In this document: piece by piece, positions 61,811-64,000 of the stretch
Layout of the letters: each line of letters begins with the position of its first letter
How positions within the stretch are numbered: the stretch's first letter is position 1
DNA from: the human T2T-CHM13v2.0 reference genome, Homo sapiens
Direction: 5' to 3' (one strand)
Assembly (NCBI RefSeq): GCF_009914755.1
Contig: NC_060940.1
DNA length: 64,000 nucleotides
Notes under the pieces: model-generated
What the model was told of the DNA's origin: nothing
Seen by the model: only the letters and a program-made list of their open reading frames with translations
Database searches by the model: none
Position numbers and translations under genes: made by a program

Positions 61811-62273
61811 TGATACAGGGCAGGTGAGCCCAAAAATTGGGGCTTAGCCAGGGAGGGTTCTTGGCTTCACCCAGCAAGGAATTCAAGGGTGAGCCAGGGG
61901 TGTTAGACAGCAACTTTTACTGAAGCAGCAGTGTACAGCAGCAGCAGAGGTATCGCTTCTTGCAGAGCAGGGCTACCCTATAGGCAGTGTGCCCAGAGTA
62001 GCAGCTCAGAGGCAGGGCTGCAGTTATACCCACTTTTAATTACATGCAAATCAAGGGGCAGATTATGCAGAAATTTCTAGGAAAAAGGTGGTAACTTCTG
62101 GGTCACAGAGTCATTGTCATGGAAAGGGATGGTAACTTCTGGGTGTTGCTAAGGCGATGGTAAACTGACATGGGACACTGGTGGGTGTGTCTCATGGAAA
62201 GCTGCTTCCACCCTCTCCCTGTTTTAGCTAGTCCTCAGTTTGGTCCGGTATCTGAACCCTGCCTCCTATCTCA
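61811..62273 (-). mobile_element. ERV1 solo LTR (MER66-like)
   Basis: TG...CA termini; GGGTTCTTGGCTTCACCCAG, GGTAACTTCTGGGT repeats, GCCTCCTATCTCA end; no clean TSD. Confidence 0.7.
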
Positions 62274-63138
62274 ACAGCATGGCATCTTCTGTAAACAGTG
62301 AGTATGCAAGTTGACTTTACTGGGGTGCAGAGTGTATTGTGTTCTCAGGGACCTCAACAAGAGTTTTTTTCAGTCGAGTGCTGGGATGAATTAAGAAACC
62401 CATTTCCCATTTAGAAAAAAAAAAGTGCAGCTTATTCTCAGGGCAAATGGGAAATAGGTTAAGGAATGAAAAAAAGGGGATGAAATGAGAGTCAAGAGTA
62501 AAGATAATTCCTGATAGAACCTTGAAGAAGAGAAGAAATACATGGTGGTAATAGGAAGCAGAGATGGAATTAAGGGCAGGATTTATTTGAACTGGGAGAG
62601 ACTTGAGTAGGTTTAGTGACTGGCAGGGGACAGAGCAAAGGGAGAGGTTGAAAGTGCAGGCAAAAGGGGTGAATGATGGACAGTGTTCTTGAGAAGAAGT
62701 CATAGGATCTAGAATGTGTGAGGAGGAAGGACCTTCTTCCTCTGGGAAGGAAAGGATTGTAGAGATGCATATATTTTGTAGGTGAGTGGGTAGATAGGCA
62801 GAGGAAGTGCTAGCTGATGTTTTTTGACTTGTGGCAATTTTGGTTGTAAGGAACAGAAACGTACTTAAGCTTGCACAAGAGAGGTTATCAGTTAGAATTG
62901 CATGCAGAAATCCAAGTATAGGTGCTTAGTCCAAAAGAAATCTTATGTTTTTCTCAAATATTGAGAATCTAGAGTAGGCAGATCAGGGATAGTATCAGCT
63001 ACTTAAGGAAATAATAAATAATTAAAGCTCTTTCTAGATATCTGATTGACCAGACTCAGTGTGTAAATTTTGCCCTCATGGCCACATGTTTACTGTATCT
63101 CAAGCATCATGTCTGGATTCCAAGCAGGAAAGGAGTGC

Positions 63139-63495
63139 TGATATGGTTTGGTTGTGTCCCCACCCAAATCTCACCTTAAATTGTAGTAATCTCCACATAT
63201 CAAGGGCGGAGCCAGGTGGAGATAATTGAATCATGGGGGTGGTTTTCCCCATACTGTTCTCGTGGTAGGGAATAAGTCTCACGAGATCTGATGGTTTTAT
63301 AAATGGGTGTTCCCCCTGCACAAGCTCTCTTACCTGCTGCCATGTAAGATGTGACTTTGCTCCTCCTTCACCTTCCACCATGATTGCGAGGCCTCCCAAG
63401 CCATGTGGAACTGTGAGTCAACTATACCTCTTTCCTTTATAAATTACCCAGTTTCAGGTATGTCTTTATTTGCAGCATGAGAACAGACTAGCACA
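63139..63495 (+). mobile_element. THE1 (C/D-like) solo LTR
   Basis: TGATATGGTTTGG..GTGTCCCCACCCAAATCTC start, exact 5-bp TSD AGTGC. Confidence 0.93.
63223..63233 (+). promoter_or_regulatory. DUX4 motif TAATTGAATCA in THE1 LTR
   Basis: exact match to TAAYBBAATCA. Confidence 0.55.
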
Positions 63496-63657
63496 AGTGC
63501 AAAAGGTACATATCAGTTGAGCCTCTTCATTTTTTTCAATCAGGAAAATTTTTCCCTGGAGACACTGGCAGTAGTTTACCACTTATATCTCATTGGCCAG
63601 AGAAGGTCATATAACTCTCCTATTTGCAAGAAGGTTTGGGGAGGCAAATATATTTAC

Positions 63658-63790
63658 TTTATTTTTAAATTTTTTAAGAGACTGGGTCTTGCTACATTGC
63701 CCAGGCTGGTCTTGAACCTCTCAGCTCAAACAATTCTCCTGCTTCAGCCTCTGAGTAGCTGGGACTACAGGCTCATGTCACTGCACCTGT
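63658..63790 (-). mobile_element. Partial or monomeric Alu
   Basis: single-arm Alu sequence. Confidence 0.8.
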
Positions 63791-63923
63791 CAAAGGTAAG
63801 TATATTTCATTGGTATACAGTCCCCTCAACAAAATCAGAGTGTTATTCAGGGCAAAAAGGAGAAGGGAATGTGGATAGGCAAATAGCAACGTCTACTGCA
63901 GAAGAATGCATGAAAAATCTCAC

Positions 63924-64000
63924 CTGGGTGTGGCGGCTCATGCCTATAATCCCAGCACTTTGGGAGGCTGAGGCAGGAGGCTACATGAGGCCAGGAGTTC
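63924..64000 (+). mobile_element. Alu 5' part (cut by window end)
   Basis: CTGGGTGTGGCGGCTCATGCCTATAATCCCAGC. Confidence 0.9.

Overview
Primate, almost certainly human, non-coding DNA (intergenic or deep intronic). It is dominated by interspersed repeats: about 45 Alu copies, L1 fragments ranging from ancient L1M to a human-specific L1HS pre-Ta, L2/MIR, hAT MERs, and solo LTRs (MER41A, MLT2A1, THE1, MST, LTR19-like, MER66-like, MLT1) plus an ERVL pol remnant. No host protein-coding exon, RNA gene or CpG island can be supported. The ORF track is explained by Alu, L1, microsatellite and chance frames. I cannot support a wholly new biological system here. The best signals are mechanistic fossils of retrotransposition and repair: (1) a twin-primed L1HS pre-Ta insertion with a 15-bp TSD, (2) a TSD-flanked L1 3'-transduction in which the only L1 sequence is an inverted ~30-bp tail, (3) a 206-bp locally templated copy of the DUX4-motif-like end of an MLT2A1 LTR at an Alu junction, and (4) several duplication-plus-foldback scars. 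Repeat subfamily names come from recalled consensus sequences, and boundaries of old repeats are approximate.
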